A stretch of 64,000 nt of DNA from assembly GCA_963823665.1 (NCBI GenBank), contig CAWGMQ010000011.1, forward strand, positions 928,001-992,000, written 5' to 3'. The position numbers and the translations under genes are program-made. Numbering within the stretch: position 1 is the stretch's first letter; every line of letters starts with the position of its first letter. The notes below the pieces were generated by a model. It was given only the letters and a program-made list of their open reading frames with translations, was not told the DNA's origin and made no database searches. The stretch is from an uncultured Planctomycetota bacterium (GTDB lineage: Bacteria > Planctomycetota > Planctomycetia > Isosphaerales > Isosphaeraceae). Below, piece by piece: positions 22,693 through 34,074 of the stretch.

Positions 22693-23869
22693 TCAGCAAG
22701 GTTGGGGTCTCTCCTGGCGAATAGCCCGGCGCCCAAAGTGAAATGAGGTCGGAACTGGGCTTTGCGCGAGTGTTCCGCGCTCCCGTCGACGAGCGAGGAT
22801 TTCGCGCCAGGCGAAGGCGGCGTCGAGCTTGCCCTGCAGGAATGGCCGAAGCCTCCTTCTGGCGAGTCGCCAGAGCGTCTGCGCGGTCAGGAAGAAGAGA
22901 CGCGGCGCGAGGGCGATCACCAGTTTTCGGCCGGGCATGTTGGTCCAGAAGAGGAGCTCGGCGTTGCGGGACATCCGGCGCTGAAGGGTCGGGCTGCGGT
23001 GATCGTATGTCGCGGAGACGTCGTGGAAGATCACGCAGGCCGGGGCAAACAAGCAGCGGAGAACCGGCCCATCGCAGGCGGAAGGCGAGGTCGACGTCCT
23101 CATAGTATGAGCCATAAAGTGAATCATAACCGCCGAGTCGCTTCAGGACATCGGCCCGATAAAACGCGCTCGACCCGCTGGCGCCGAAGACTTCTTCGAC
23201 AGCCCTTCCGGCGAAGAGGCGGGCGGGCTGGCCGTGGCCCCGCTTGGCCGGGCGGCCGAAGAGGTTGTACGAGTCGCCGGCGGAATCGACCCGGGCGGGC
23301 TGGGAGCGGATGCGCACGAGCGGAGCAACCGAGCCAACCGACGGATCCGCAAAGAGCGAGATTGCGGATTCGATCCAGCCGGCGCTCACTTCGGTATCGT
23401 TGTTGAGCAACTGGATGAACCGGCCGCGGGCCGCCGCAATTCCTGCATTGGCGGCGGTGCAGAAACCGCCGTTGCGCTCGGCTCGGATGACCCGAACGTC
23501 GGGATAAGCACTCGCGAGCCAGTCGGGCGTGCCGTCGGTGGACGCGTCGTCGCTGACCAGCACTTCGAGCGTGATTGCCGGGTCCGGCGGGAGGTGCTCA
23601 AAAATGCTCGCGAGGCAGCGCTCGAGCAGGCCGCGGCCGTTGTAGGTCGGGATCACGATCGAAACGACGGGGGGGGCGCCTGGGCCCGGGGAGACCTTCG
23701 GTCCGGGGACCGGCGGGGTCGGGAGACCCGCGCCGAACAGCGGTCCGGGGACCGGCGGGGTCTGGAGACCCGCGCCGGACGAATCCGAGCTCGGCGGGGT
23801 TGGGAAACCCGCGCTCGACGGACGCTCGTTCAGGCGTGCGTCTTGGCTGTGCGCCTGGCTTCGTTCCAC
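22693..23869 (-). CDS. GT2 family glycosyltransferase (frameshift near 23065)
   Basis: VSIVIPTYNG, DDASTDG, NGGFCTAAN, LLNNDT, YYEDVDL. Confidence 0.88.
23690..23819. repeat. Three tandem REP-like units inside the GT2 5' region
   Basis: CGGCGGGGT(c/t)(g/t)GGA(g/a)ACCCGCGC units at 23711, 23753 and 23792 (spacing 42 and 39 bp). Confidence 0.75.
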
Positions 23870-25051
23870 GACGTCTTACCCCAGAAGACATGTTGAATCG
23901 TCATGAGCATGATGCGGAGGTCGAGGGTCAAGGACCAGCGTTCGATGTAGTCGAGGTCATACTGGATGCGTTTTCGCAGCGACGTGCGGCCGCGCCAGCC
24001 GTGGACTTGAGCCCAGCCGGTCATGCCGACGGGTACGGCGTGGCGGAGGTCGTAGTCGGGCATGGTGTGGCTGAATTCGGCGACGAAATGGGGGCGTTCG
24101 GGCCTGGGCCCGACCAGCCCCATGTCGCCCTTGATCACGTTCAAGAGCTGAGGAAGCTCGTCGATGTTCGTGTGCCGAAGCCAATCGCCGATCCTGGTGC
24201 AGCGGGTGTCGTGGTTCGAGGCCCAGATCGGGCCGGTCACGCTCTCGGCGTCGGTGCGCATGCTGCGGAACTTGATGATGCGGAAGAGACGGCCCCCCTG
24301 CCCCACTCGCTCCTGCGAATAGAAGATCGGCCGGCCGGTCGTGACCAGAATGGCCACGGCCACCGCGAGGAGGAGAGGTGAGAGCACGATCAATGCACAA
24401 GTGGCAAGGGTTGTGTCCACCACGCGTTTCAAAATGCGGGGCCAGGCAAGGCGGCGCGCACTCGAGAGCCGCAGGGGCACTCGCCTGGGTTTCGGAGCCT
24501 TTTGCGGCGAATGCAGATGCCATTCCGTGGCGCCTGAGGACCGGGTCGTGCCGGGTGCAGGCAGATCGAGGCGGCCGGAATCAACGAAGAGCCAATGCAC
24601 AGCGACGCCGGAATTGCTAAGTTGGGAGAGCTCTCGTGCAAGATGAGGCCTGCGGTTTGCGGATACGGCCACGACCAGGTCGGTGGCCTTGGCGCGGTCG
24701 AGAAGCTGCTCGAGTCGATCGATACTCCCCAGAACGGGGACAGGATCGGCCTGGGGATGGAGGGCCAGATGACGGCATCGGGAGCGCTGGCTCAGGGAGG
24801 AGTGATGACTGCGCGTCGACGAAGCCGACGATCGAGAGCCCGGTCCACGGCTTGTTGCCGAGATTTCGCACGAGCTTTCGAGCGGCGCGGCGGGCACCCA
24901 CCAGCACGACCCGGGTTTGCCCGAGTGTCGCCCGACGAGCCACCAGGTCGTCAAGATCGTTCATGAATCCCCGCCACTCACTCGGAGACATCACGGCTCC
25001 CGGAGCTGCGTACGCGTTGGAGCCAACTGTCTTGGCCGGGGGACTTACCAT
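23830..25051 (-). CDS. Polyprenyl-phosphate sugar phosphotransferase (WcaJ/CpsE-like), frameshift near 24810
   Basis: KRVVD, FYSQERVG, KFRSM, IDELPQLLNVIKGDMGLVGPRPERP, GMTGWAQVHG, YDLDYIERWS. Confidence 0.92.
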
Positions 25052-25224
25052 CCGAGACCTCGTTCGAGACGGATTCGTTCAAGCTCTTCGATCGACCGGT
25101 CCGACGTTAAATCTGAGTTATTCCGAAAAATGGTTAGATTCGGGTGCGAGCCGCTGTCCGATTCGAGGTCGACTGCGTGAACCAGAATGATCAGAACGCG
25201 AGTCCGGCGCCTGGCCGAAGCCTG

Positions 25225-26301
25225 ATGCCGCGGTTGACGGTGATAATCGTCAACTACGAGAGCTGGCCGGACGTGCTCGAGCTGACCTCGGCGCTCGCGG
25301 AAGAGCCCGAGTTCTCCTCAGGCCGCTGCGGGATCGTGGTCGTCGACAACGCCTCGCGGGGCCCGCTGCCCGATGCATTCTCACTCCACCGAGTGGGCCA
25401 ACGAGTCGTGTTCCGCCCGGACAACGGAGGCTTTGCCGCGGGCGTGAACGCCGGATGGCGAATCGCAGAAAGTCCGTGGCTTTTGGTACTGAATCCCGAT
25501 GTCGAAGTGGCGAGTGGATTCCTGGGCCAGGTCTTCGAGCGACTCGAACAAATCGAAACCAAGGCAGACGGTCCGCCGGGGATCGTCGGGTTCGGCTTGC
25601 GGAACCCCGACGGTTCACCGCAGGGCTCGGTCGGCGTCTTCCCCAACCTATCCCGAACCATTCGGGAGCAGTTCATACCCCGTTCTCGCCGGAAATACCA
25701 GCCCGGTTGGCGAATTCGCTCCGGCCAGGTTGACTGGGTAACGGGTGCGTGCATGCTCGTCAACTCGGAGATGATCGCCGAGCTCGGGGGGATGGACGAG
25801 GACTTCTTTCTGTACCACGAGGAGGTGGCATTCAGCCGCGAAGCCCGAAACCGTGGCTGGCGCGTGGAATACGACCCAAGTGTGACGGTCATTCACCGAC
25901 ATCCATTGCAGAATCGGCCGATCTCGCCCATGATGCGGGTGATCACCCGGCACAGCAAGTTGCTCTATTTTCGCAAGCACTTGCCGCGCTGGCAGTTCGA
26001 GAGCTTGGCCGCCATCGTGTTGTGCGAGGCGGCGACCAAGGGCTCCTGGTCGCGACTGATCCGTCGCCCGGCAGAGGCCCGGGCCTGGCGGTTGATTGCG
26101 GCGATCACACAGGCGATGCGGGCGGGCCGGGGACCGGCCGGCCGAGAGGTTCTGGAGCTGGCCCAATCCGCCGTCCGACCGGGCGAGGTTGAGCCACCCG
26201 GACGGAAAGGATCAATGTGCAAGGACGCAACTCACTCGCCGTTGCGAGTGCCAGCTCGCCCGACGCTGACGTCCGCGCAGGCGACCGATTCGAGAGCGTA
26301 G
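25225..26301 (+). CDS. GT2 family glycosyltransferase
   Basis: VIIVNY, VVDNAS, NGGFAAGVN, LNPD, WVTGAC, DEDFFLYHEE. Confidence 0.9.
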   Translation: MPRLTVIIVNYESWPDVLELTSALAEEPEFSSGRCGIVVVDNASRGPLPDAFSLHRVGQRVVFRPDNGGFAAGVNAGWRIAESPWLLVLNPDVEVASGFLGQVFERLEQIETKADGPPGIVGFGLRNPDGSPQGSVGVFPNLSRTIREQFIPRSRRKYQPGWRIRSGQVDWVTGACMLVNSEMIAELGGMDEDFFLYHEEVAFSREARNRGWRVEYDPSVTVIHRHPLQNRPISPMMRVITRHSKLLYFRKHLPRWQFESLAAIVLCEAATKGSWSRLIRRPAEARAWRLIAAITQAMRAGRGPAGREVLELAQSAVRPGEVEPPGRKGSMCKDATHSPLRVPARPTLTSAQATDSRA

Positions 26302-26330
26302 GGAATCCCTTCGCGGAGCGAAGGGCGACA

Positions 26331-27938
26331 ATGGCGAGCGCGCTGACTGGCTTGCTCGCGATCGTCATTCTCTCAGCGCTCACCGGGCTGGTTCTCTCAA
26401 GCAGAGGGAATCTCGCCTGGGACGACGCGGACTACCTGCGCAGAGGGCTTTCCAACGCGAGATTCGCCGCGGCGGGCGGGATGCTGCTGGTTGTTCCTCG
26501 CGCGATCGACAGGCTGCTCTCGGAGCAACCCAAGCCTCCGTGGTTCGTCGCCTGGATCGAGCTGGGCGTCCACGCGATCGGCCGGTCATCCGTTGATCTC
26601 TTGATCTTGTTCTCCACGGTAGTCCCTTATTCGATCCTGATGCTTGCCGTCGTCGTGACCGGCCGGTGGCTGCGAGGGGCCTGGGGCGGCTTACTGGCGC
26701 TGGTCTGCCTGGCTGCCTCGCCATTATCACTCGCGTTCGGCGACAAAGTGATGGTCGAGACGTTTCTGGCACTCTGGGTCTTGCTCGTCTACAGCCTGAC
26801 GGCGCATTTCGTCAACGCTCCGTCGCGCAGGATCGCCGCGGCACTCGGCCTGACCGTCGGTCTGGCCCTGCTCACCAAATTGACGACGGCCATTTTCCTT
26901 CCCGCGCCATTGATCTACGGATGTGCGCACATCGTGCGCAATCGTGCGCTGGCACCGCTCGTCTTGAAGAGACTCGGCCTCGCGGTCGCGATCTGCGTGG
27001 CCGTGGCGGGACCGTGGTATGCGAAGAACGCGGGCCCGGCTGTCAGGTTTGCGTTTTTCTCCTCGAGGTACAACGAAGTCGCGACAGGGACGGATCGCGT
27101 TCCTACGGCTCGGCGGGCGGCCGAGATGCTGCGCGATCTGGCGGGCTGGCCCTTGACCGGCACGGTTGCGGCGAGCGTACTGGCCGCGGCCGTTTGGGGA
27201 TGGAAGAAGCCGCGAGAGATCGACGAGCAGGGCAACCGAGGCGACCTCGCTCGGACTTGCTTCACGAGGATGGCCTGGCTTGGAGCGGGCATCGCGGCGG
27301 CCGTGCTGATATTTCCCGCGTACTTCGATACGCGTTTCCTGCTGCCGATCTGGCCGGTACTGGCGGTGGCGATCGGGGCGACTGTCAGCTCGTACGGGCT
27401 ACGGCTACCCGCGTTTCCGAAGACACTGGTCGGGCTGGGTTTCGCCGGCAGCCTCGTGCTTGCGTTCATGAGCGTCGCCCGGGAGCCGTCGTTTCCGACG
27501 TACTGGCAAACAACCGGGATGATCGATGAACTGGTCAAGCGGTACGGCGTGTCGAACCTGGTCAACGTGGGTAACTGTGCGGCGTGGAATGTTTGTAAAA
27601 CAGGTTTGATGAACGAGCTGCGTGAGGACCCGGGCAGTTGTTTCGTCTTGCACGACCTGACGCGCACCACCGAGGCCCGCGCCGAGCGACTCCTCGAGCA
27701 GGCGGATGGCGTGGTTGTGCTGGGGCGGTCTGACCTTCCGGACGCGGTCGTGCAGCTCGCCCCGGGATTGAATCGCCGTTACAGCGCCGTGGTGGAGGAA
27801 CTTGCGACCCGCCCTGATTTTCGAGCGGTCGGGCTTCCGGCAAAGGAGGGTTTGCCCGAGCTCCAGGTTTTTGTCCGGCGGGCCCCGTTCCAGGAGGCGA
27901 AAAAAACGTCAAGGTCCGAGGTACGGAGGCGCCGATAA
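26331..27938 (+). CDS. Polytopic GT-C (ArnT/PMT-like) glycosyltransferase
   Basis: WDDADY in first loop, many TMs, GLALLTK, PWY, DTRFLLP. Confidence 0.75.
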   Translation: MASALTGLLAIVILSALTGLVLSSRGNLAWDDADYLRRGLSNARFAAAGGMLLVVPRAIDRLLSEQPKPPWFVAWIELGVHAIGRSSVDLLILFSTVVPYSILMLAVVVTGRWLRGAWGGLLALVCLAASPLSLAFGDKVMVETFLALWVLLVYSLTAHFVNAPSRRIAAALGLTVGLALLTKLTTAIFLPAPLIYGCAHIVRNRALAPLVLKRLGLAVAICVAVAGPWYAKNAGPAVRFAFFSSRYNEVATGTDRVPTARRAAEMLRDLAGWPLTGTVAASVLAAAVWGWKKPREIDEQGNRGDLARTCFTRMAWLGAGIAAAVLIFPAYFDTRFLLPIWPVLAVAIGATVSSYGLRLPAFPKTLVGLGFAGSLVLAFMSVAREPSFPTYWQTTGMIDELVKRYGVSNLVNVGNCAAWNVCKTGLMNELREDPGSCFVLHDLTRTTEARAERLLEQADGVVVLGRSDLPDAVVQLAPGLNRRYSAVVEELATRPDFRAVGLPAKEGLPELQVFVRRAPFQEAKKTSRSEVRRRR

Positions 27939-28062
27939 CGAGAGGAATTGCACGCGGGCCGGAATCAGGCGGAAGCCGGCCCCATCGTCCGGAACAGGCG
28001 GGGGATCCCTGGGTCCGGCGGAGATTCGATCGACCAGGCACGCGGCGAAAGGATGGCCGATT

Positions 28063-29628
28063 TTGGCGACCGGTCGGGATGCGAAGCGAATCGGACTGCT
28101 CATGCTGGCCGCGGGGCTGTTGCTCGGCTGGCTCGTGATGCATACCGAGATCTTCTACACCGATGGGCTGCGCTACATCGCCCAGGCGCGAACGATCGAC
28201 GGCGGATCACTCGCCAAAGGGCTGGTTCATTCGGTTGACCACCCGGTCTATCCCGCGGCGATCGTGGTGGTTCATCGACTGATCGGTGGCGACCGGCCGC
28301 GCGACTGGCAAAGGGCTGCGCAGATCGCCGCGATGATCGCCGGCAGTCTGGTCGTGCTGCCATTGTACTTGATCGCGCTGGAGCTATTCGGAGCGCGATC
28401 GGCCTGGATATCCTGCTTGTTGATTTATCTCGTGCCGTTTAATAGCCACGTACTGGCGGATGCTCTGTCGGAGAGCACATTCCTTTTCTTCTGGTCGTTC
28501 GGCGTCTGGTCGAGCTTGAGGCTCTTGCGCACGGCGAGATTGGTCTGGTTAGGGCCGATCGTGGGGGCGAGTGCGCTTGCGTACCTGACCCGGCCCGAAG
28601 GGCTGGTCATCCTGGTGTCGCTCCTGGGCACATTGACGGTGCTGCCGTTCTGGCGATCGGCCGAGTTTCCGGCGAAGAAGGTGCATTGGGCGCTCGGCTT
28701 GCTGATCGGCGCCGGCCTGGTCGCCGCGGGGCCGTTCATGATTTTGAAGGGGGGAATCAGCAGCAAGCCATCGATGAGCAGACTGCTGGGATCGGCCGGC
28801 AAAGCGGATCCAATGGCCGTGGAGCGAGAACGTCCGCTCGAGCACGGACAGACGCTGGCGAAGACGGCTTTCCTGGCCGCCAAGGCGGTGGGCCGGGCGG
28901 TTTTGCGGGCCACTTCCATTCCCGTATTGCTGCTGGTGCCGCTGGGCATACTGGCGGGCTGCGCTAGTGCGACCGGGCGACGGATGTGGGTTTATCTGGG
29001 CATCATGCTCGTGCTCTGCTCACTGGCGCTTGGACGGGTGCATATGCTGGCCGGCTATTGCACACCGCGGCACGCGCTTGTGGTGGCGTGGATTCTGACT
29101 CTGGCCGGCGGTGCGGGCCTGGCGCAACTGGCGGCGGGAATCGCAAGGATTGCAGACAGGCTCGGACGCGGGAGATGGGCTGCGCCTCGGATCGAGGCCG
29201 GCCTGACGGGTGTTGCGGTTCTGGTCCTGGCCTTTATGTCGATGCCCGGCCTGGGCGCTCCGATTGATTCTGGCTTCGCCGGATATCGCGAGGCAGGCGA
29301 GTGGCTGGTCTCGCAAACTTCAGCCGGCGAGCGCGTGATCGACCCCAAGGGACTGGCGCTCTTCTACGCTGATGAAAAGGGCTATACCTTCGCCAGGCTC
29401 ACCGACGGCGTCCGCGACCCGAACGTGCGCTGGCTCGTGGCGCACGACGCGTTTTTGCATGGTCCGTGGGATTACTGCAAGCTGCTGCGCGAGCTCGTCG
29501 GCGAGCGGAGGCCAGTGCAGACTTTTCCCGTGCACGCCAGGCGCGGGGAGTCTCGGGTGTATGTCTTCGACCTGGGGGGTGCGAGGGATCAGACGGCGCG
29601 GCGGCCGGCGGCGGGAGAGCGGAAGTAA
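28063..29628 (+). CDS. GT-C/GT39-like membrane glycosyltransferase (paralog 1)
   Basis: DGLRYIAQA, DHPVYP, LSESTFL, YLTRPEG, ERERPL; TTG start inferred from AAAGGA upstream. Confidence 0.75.
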   Translation: MATGRDAKRIGLLMLAAGLLLGWLVMHTEIFYTDGLRYIAQARTIDGGSLAKGLVHSVDHPVYPAAIVVVHRLIGGDRPRDWQRAAQIAAMIAGSLVVLPLYLIALELFGARSAWISCLLIYLVPFNSHVLADALSESTFLFFWSFGVWSSLRLLRTARLVWLGPIVGASALAYLTRPEGLVILVSLLGTLTVLPFWRSAEFPAKKVHWALGLLIGAGLVAAGPFMILKGGISSKPSMSRLLGSAGKADPMAVERERPLEHGQTLAKTAFLAAKAVGRAVLRATSIPVLLLVPLGILAGCASATGRRMWVYLGIMLVLCSLALGRVHMLAGYCTPRHALVVAWILTLAGGAGLAQLAAGIARIADRLGRGRWAAPRIEAGLTGVAVLVLAFMSMPGLGAPIDSGFAGYREAGEWLVSQTSAGERVIDPKGLALFYADEKGYTFARLTDGVRDPNVRWLVAHDAFLHGPWDYCKLLRELVGERRPVQTFPVHARRGESRVYVFDLGGARDQTARRPAAGERK

Positions 29629-29686
29629 CCTGCTGCATCGGTTGTTGCCGCCCGCCCCCCTTCTAGCAGAGGGCCGGACTAAGTTT

Positions 29687-30466
29687 TCAACTGCCCACGG
29701 CTGTGCCAGTCCGTTGCGACGCTTGGCCTACCAAGCTGCCAGGGGCACAACACAGGTCTTCCCTGCCGTGCCACTCGTGCTCGATGCCACGCATCAGCAG
29801 TGCGCAATCAAACTCGATCGAGCCTCGTGGGAAGAGCGACTCATCCTCGAAGAAGCTGGACCGTACCTCGTCGACCTCGAGAGGCTCGATGTGCCAGTTG
29901 AGACATCGCAGCTCCAGGCCCTGGAAGCGTGAGGGATCGCGTGTCGCCGAGTATCCAAGGGAACCGGCGTGGAAGAACGCGGAGGCTTCCTCCAGCGAGC
30001 GAAACTTCGACGATGCCGGCAACCGGTTCGTCCGACGACCGCGTACCGCCATGGTCGTGACACCATCATCACTGCGAAGTTCGACCTCGAAGCGATCCGC
30101 TGTCTCCTCGACCGTGAACCTGGCATGGTGGTGAATGCCCGGGAAGACTCGGCCGCCCACCAATGAGTTGAGCCGGGAGTCGGTGTCACGCCGCCGGACA
30201 TAGACGCCTTCCCGAACGACACCATGGTCGTCCCACTCGACGGCCGTTCGATGGGCGGCGTTTTCGGACGAGATGCCGAGCCAGGACGGGAACGGAGCAG
30301 GCCTGACCTTCTTGAGCCGGATCAGGCAAATCCCAACCATTCCGACCCCGTCCCTGAGCTTGGGCCGAAACGGGGCCGGCAGGAGAGGCGCGAGGACGTT
30401 CGGATCAACGTGGTAGTTGACCAGAATCCGGCGATCAATGACGCCGCGAACACTTGGTATCCTCAT
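29687..30466 (-). CDS. DUF2071-like protein
   Basis: GVIDRRILVNY, GICLIRL, SENAAHR, FDCALLMRGIEHEWH. Confidence 0.75.
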   Translation of the reverse strand: MRIPSVRGVIDRRILVNYHVDPNVLAPLLPAPFRPKLRDGVGMVGICLIRLKKVRPAPFPSWLGISSENAAHRTAVEWDDHGVVREGVYVRRRDTDSRLNSLVGGRVFPGIHHHARFTVEETADRFEVELRSDDGVTTMAVRGRRTNRLPASSKFRSLEEASAFFHAGSLGYSATRDPSRFQGLELRCLNWHIEPLEVDEVRSSFFEDESLFPRGSIEFDCALLMRGIEHEWHGREDLCCAPGSLVGQASQRTGTAVGS

Positions 30467-30508
30467 CTCACGCCTCCCGGAGATCAAGCTCCGAAGAAGA
30501 CAATCGCT

Positions 30509-30778
30509 TCAGAAATCGAGCTCGCGATCCCATAATGGGTGGGCGCGTGGCGAGGATGAAGAAGGTTCGTCGGCGACGATTGGCAGGTCGAGTTGCGAGC
30601 CAGCATCGGGCAGAATCTGAGCGAGCTCCTGCGGGCTCGGGCACTTCCAGTTGTCTGGCTCGACCGCGGCGTGAGATTCTACTCGGGATGACGTGGTCTG
30701 GCCTGAGCTGCAAAGGGCCGGCCCGAGCTCAACGAGGAGCTGCAGCACGACTTCGACGACTGGTAGTAGCCATTCCAT
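30509..30778 (-). CDS. Small hypothetical protein ending HPLWDRELDF
   Basis: 89-aa ORF with hydrophobic N-terminus, co-oriented with both neighbours. Confidence 0.45.
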   Translation of the reverse strand: MEWLLPVVEVVLQLLVELGPALCSSGQTTSSRVESHAAVEPDNWKCPSPQELAQILPDAGSQLDLPIVADEPSSSSPRAHPLWDRELDF

Positions 30779-30883
30779 CGGACGGTACCGGAAAAAAGGG
30801 CGTCTGACCAAGCGCGTTACGTCATCCCGATGTGTATTCGCGGTGAGTTCTCGAAGATTTCGCCGAAACGCGATCGCGGGTGG

Positions 30884-31490
30884 CTACTTCTTCTCAAGGC
30901 TTGTCGGGCGCTTATCGTTGGGCTTGGCGATCTTGTCAAAGGGGACTTCGGGAGTGCCCCTGCGCTGGGCGAACATCCAGGGGAGGAAGTTTCGTTCGTT
31001 GAGTGCGGTCGACTTGGGATGCCAGTGCACGCCGTTGGAAATGATGGTGAACATCGGATGGCCATGAGCTGCGCGAAGAGCGTCCATTAATTCGGTCATC
31101 CGTTCGAGAGGGATCGTCGGATCCTTGGCACCGTGGAACGCCCAGATCGGGACGTGCTTGGCGACGCCGACCTTGGCCGGATCGCCGGCTCCGGCCAGGG
31201 GCGCCGCGGCCGCCCAGACTTGCGGCTCGCGCTCGAGCAGCTCCCAAACTCCGCAGGCGCCGTTGGAATAGCCGGTCAGGTAGAGCCGGTCGGCATCGAC
31301 GGGAAACTTCTTCAAAAGCGACTTGAGAAGATCGTTCGTCATCGCCAGGCTCGCGGCCGGCGTCTTGGTGAGCCGGATCGGCTTATCGAAGACGGCGTGT
31401 TGCACCCACGAGCCATCTGCCTGCGGCAGGAGGACGAAGCACGGAAACTTCTTACGGGCATCGGGCTTCAGGAACGCTGTGGCGAGCCTC
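30884..31490 (-). pseudogene. 5'-truncated predicted peptidase/phospholipase (alpha/beta hydrolase)
   Basis: FPCFVLLPQA, DRLYLTGYSNG, IWAFHGAKDPTIP, WMFAQRR; N-terminal part missing beyond about 31490. Confidence 0.7.
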
Positions 31491-32158
31491 AGGCTGCGCG
31501 AGCCGCACCCCAGCTCATGGGACGCTCACGGTGGCTACCGCCCGCCGGTCAGCGACGATCCGATTTACTGGCGGGAATATCTCTTGCCGTGGCGGGGAAG
31601 CCGGGTTCCAGCGGTTGTGCTTCACGTGCGGTGTATGTGGATCACGATCCGGGCGATCATCGTGATGGTCCTACAGATGGCCGTGAAATCATTTCGGCCA
31701 AAACGCGCGCGACCGGCTGGGGCTTCTGGAACGCCTATCGCTGGCTGATCCCGCTCTGGGTGCTCGGGGTCGCTTGCGGCTCGGTTCATCCTCTGGGTGC
31801 CCTGTTCGCCGGTGTGGGTCTGCCCGTCTTGGCTGAGGCAGGGCTTGCGTTGGGCAACTGGGCAGGAATCCGGCCGGGCTCGACGACCCGCGCGGCGCCC
31901 TCGGCTTCGTCGCTGTGGTCGCTCGGGCTCATGATCGGCGGCGGGCTGATTGTCATTGCGCCCCTTTGCTCCGTTCGCGAGTTTGCGATTTTTTGGAGCT
32001 GGGACGGCCGGCTGCGCTGGCCGATCCTCGTCTTGGTGCCGGCATGCGTGGTCATGACAGGACTATTCGGCCGTTCGCTCAGGCGCCGTTGCGGCGAGAA
32101 CTTTGACATGTGGGTGGGGCTGCCGCATCGAGACCCGACAGCGGCAGGGAGAAGTTGA
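31490..32158 (+). pseudogene. 5'-truncated membrane protein fragment (planctomycete ABC permease-like)
   Basis: RPPVSDDPIYWRE motif followed by TM segments in a second frame; no start region. Confidence 0.5.
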
Positions 32159-32436
32159 TTGGATCGTGCCGCGTATGAGAACCATGCGGGCTGGGCTGAG
32201 AATGAAGAAGGAAGACAGGAGAGATCAGCTCAGTCGCAGTCTAACCAAATGGGAAGGCGAAGGTGATCCGGAGTTTTCTTGCGACGAAACCAGATCAACC
32301 AGCGAATTTCGGGCTCGGCCTGGTACAACCTCGGCCTGGCCGGACCACTCCCGCCGTCGGGCGGGCAGGCGGTCGAATCTAGCTGCGTCCCGGTTTCCGC
32401 TCCGTGCCAAACTGGATCGCCCCGCACCGGAGGCCA

Positions 32437-33802
32437 TCAGGCCAGCGTCCATCCCTTGCGATATTCGCGGCGGATGAAAGGGTCGGCCTCGGGGGTGCCG
32501 GTGGCGGAGAGTTTGGCGGGGTCCCAATCGAGCCTGTTGCCGGCACGATAGGCGACGTTTCCCAGGTGATTGGCCTCGGTAAGCCACGCGGCGTACTCGA
32601 AGTTGCAGGTCGTCGGCGAGCCGGTCTTGCAGGCGAGGATCCACTCGGCGTGGTGGCCGATCGACCCGGGGATAGACGGCTTGGGACGGACGAAGTCGCG
32701 AAAGTCTTTCTCGGGCAGCAGCACGTGCTTGCCGTAGTCGGCCAGGAGCATGCCGTTGGCCCCTTCGAACAGAGTTCCGCTGTCCTGGCTCTTGGGGATC
32801 GCGCCGGTCTTCGACAACTCCGGTTTCTCTTCACCCTGGTACCAGTGGAGACTCACCGGTGGCGTGTCGTCACGCGGCCCGTATTGATAGGTCACGCGCA
32901 ATGTGGCCGGAGCGATCTCAGGGTGGGCCTTGGGCCCGAACGCCTCGATGGTCCGCGGGAATTTCAGCTTTAACGCCCAGAAGGGCAAGTCGTTGTAGTG
33001 GCTGCCGAGGTCGCTCATGGTGCCGTTGCCGAAGTCCCACCATCGGTACCATTTCGGACCCGGCACGTAAACCTCATGGAACGGCCGCACTGGCGCGGGG
33101 CCGAGCCAGAGGTCCCAATCCAATCCCTTTGGAACGGGAGAGGCTTCCGTGGGCCGCTCGGTCACGTAGACGATGTCCTGGTTCCGCTGGGCCGCCTCAG
33201 TCGACTGAAGCCCCCAGGCCCGACCGACCCAGACGTGGACGTCGTGCACTGGCCCGATCGCGCCGGACTGGATCAGCTCGACGACGCGGCGGTAATTGTC
33301 GGTGGCGTGGATTTGCGTCCCCATCTGAGTGGCGACCTTAGCAGTCGCCGCGGCTTCGGGGATCACCCGGGCCTCCCAGACGTTATGGGTGAGCGGCTTC
33401 TCGCAATAGACGTGTTTGCCCATTTGCAAGGCCGGCAATGTGGCGAACGCGTGGGTATGCTCGGTGGTGCTCACGACCACCGCGTCGAATTCGGAGGCGT
33501 GGTCGTAAAGCTTGCGAAAGTCACGCAGACGGCGGGCTCGGGGATGATGTCGCGCCGGCCTGCTCGAGCGCTGGCTCGAAGACGTCGCACAACGCCACGA
33601 TGTTCTCTGAGGAAACGCCGCCAAGATTGGACGCGCCTCGGCCCCCTACGCCAATCACGGCGATATTCAACTTCTCGTTGAGGTTCCGGCCACGCAGGAT
33701 CGCCGGCGCAGAAAAGACACCCGCGGCTGCGCCCGCTACTCTCAGCCCGAACTGCCGGCGCGTCGGCTCCGCGCCGCGAATGGAGGATGAGGTCTCGCAC
33801 AT
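32437..33802 (-). CDS. Tat-exported Gfo/Idh/MocA oxidoreductase (frameshift near 33550)
   Basis: TRRQF Tat motif, [35 protein letters not shown]. Confidence 0.9.
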
Positions 33803-33861
33803 GATGGTTTCTCCTCGGTGATACCCTCGATCGATCGATTGGCGACGGTCGTCCACGGTGG

Positions 33862-34074
33862 TCAGCCGCCCAGCTCCGGGATCGGCCGGCCGCCTTCCGT
33901 GAAGATGGGGTTGGGCCGTCCCAGCGGGTCGGTCCAGTGGGCAGCGAGGTCGATCCCAAGGTGGCGGAAGACGGTGGCCCCGAGGTCGCTCGGGGTTACC
34001 CGGCCGGTGCAGATCTCGGAGCCGGTGCGGTCGGTGCTGCCGATCGTCTGGCCATACGCCAGCCCGCCGCCGGC
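33862..34074 (-). pseudogene. C-terminal fragment of a DUF1501 protein
   Basis: AGGGLAYGQTIGSTD...PSDLGATVFRHLGID...GRP...GRPIPEL; upstream part absent. Confidence 0.7.
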
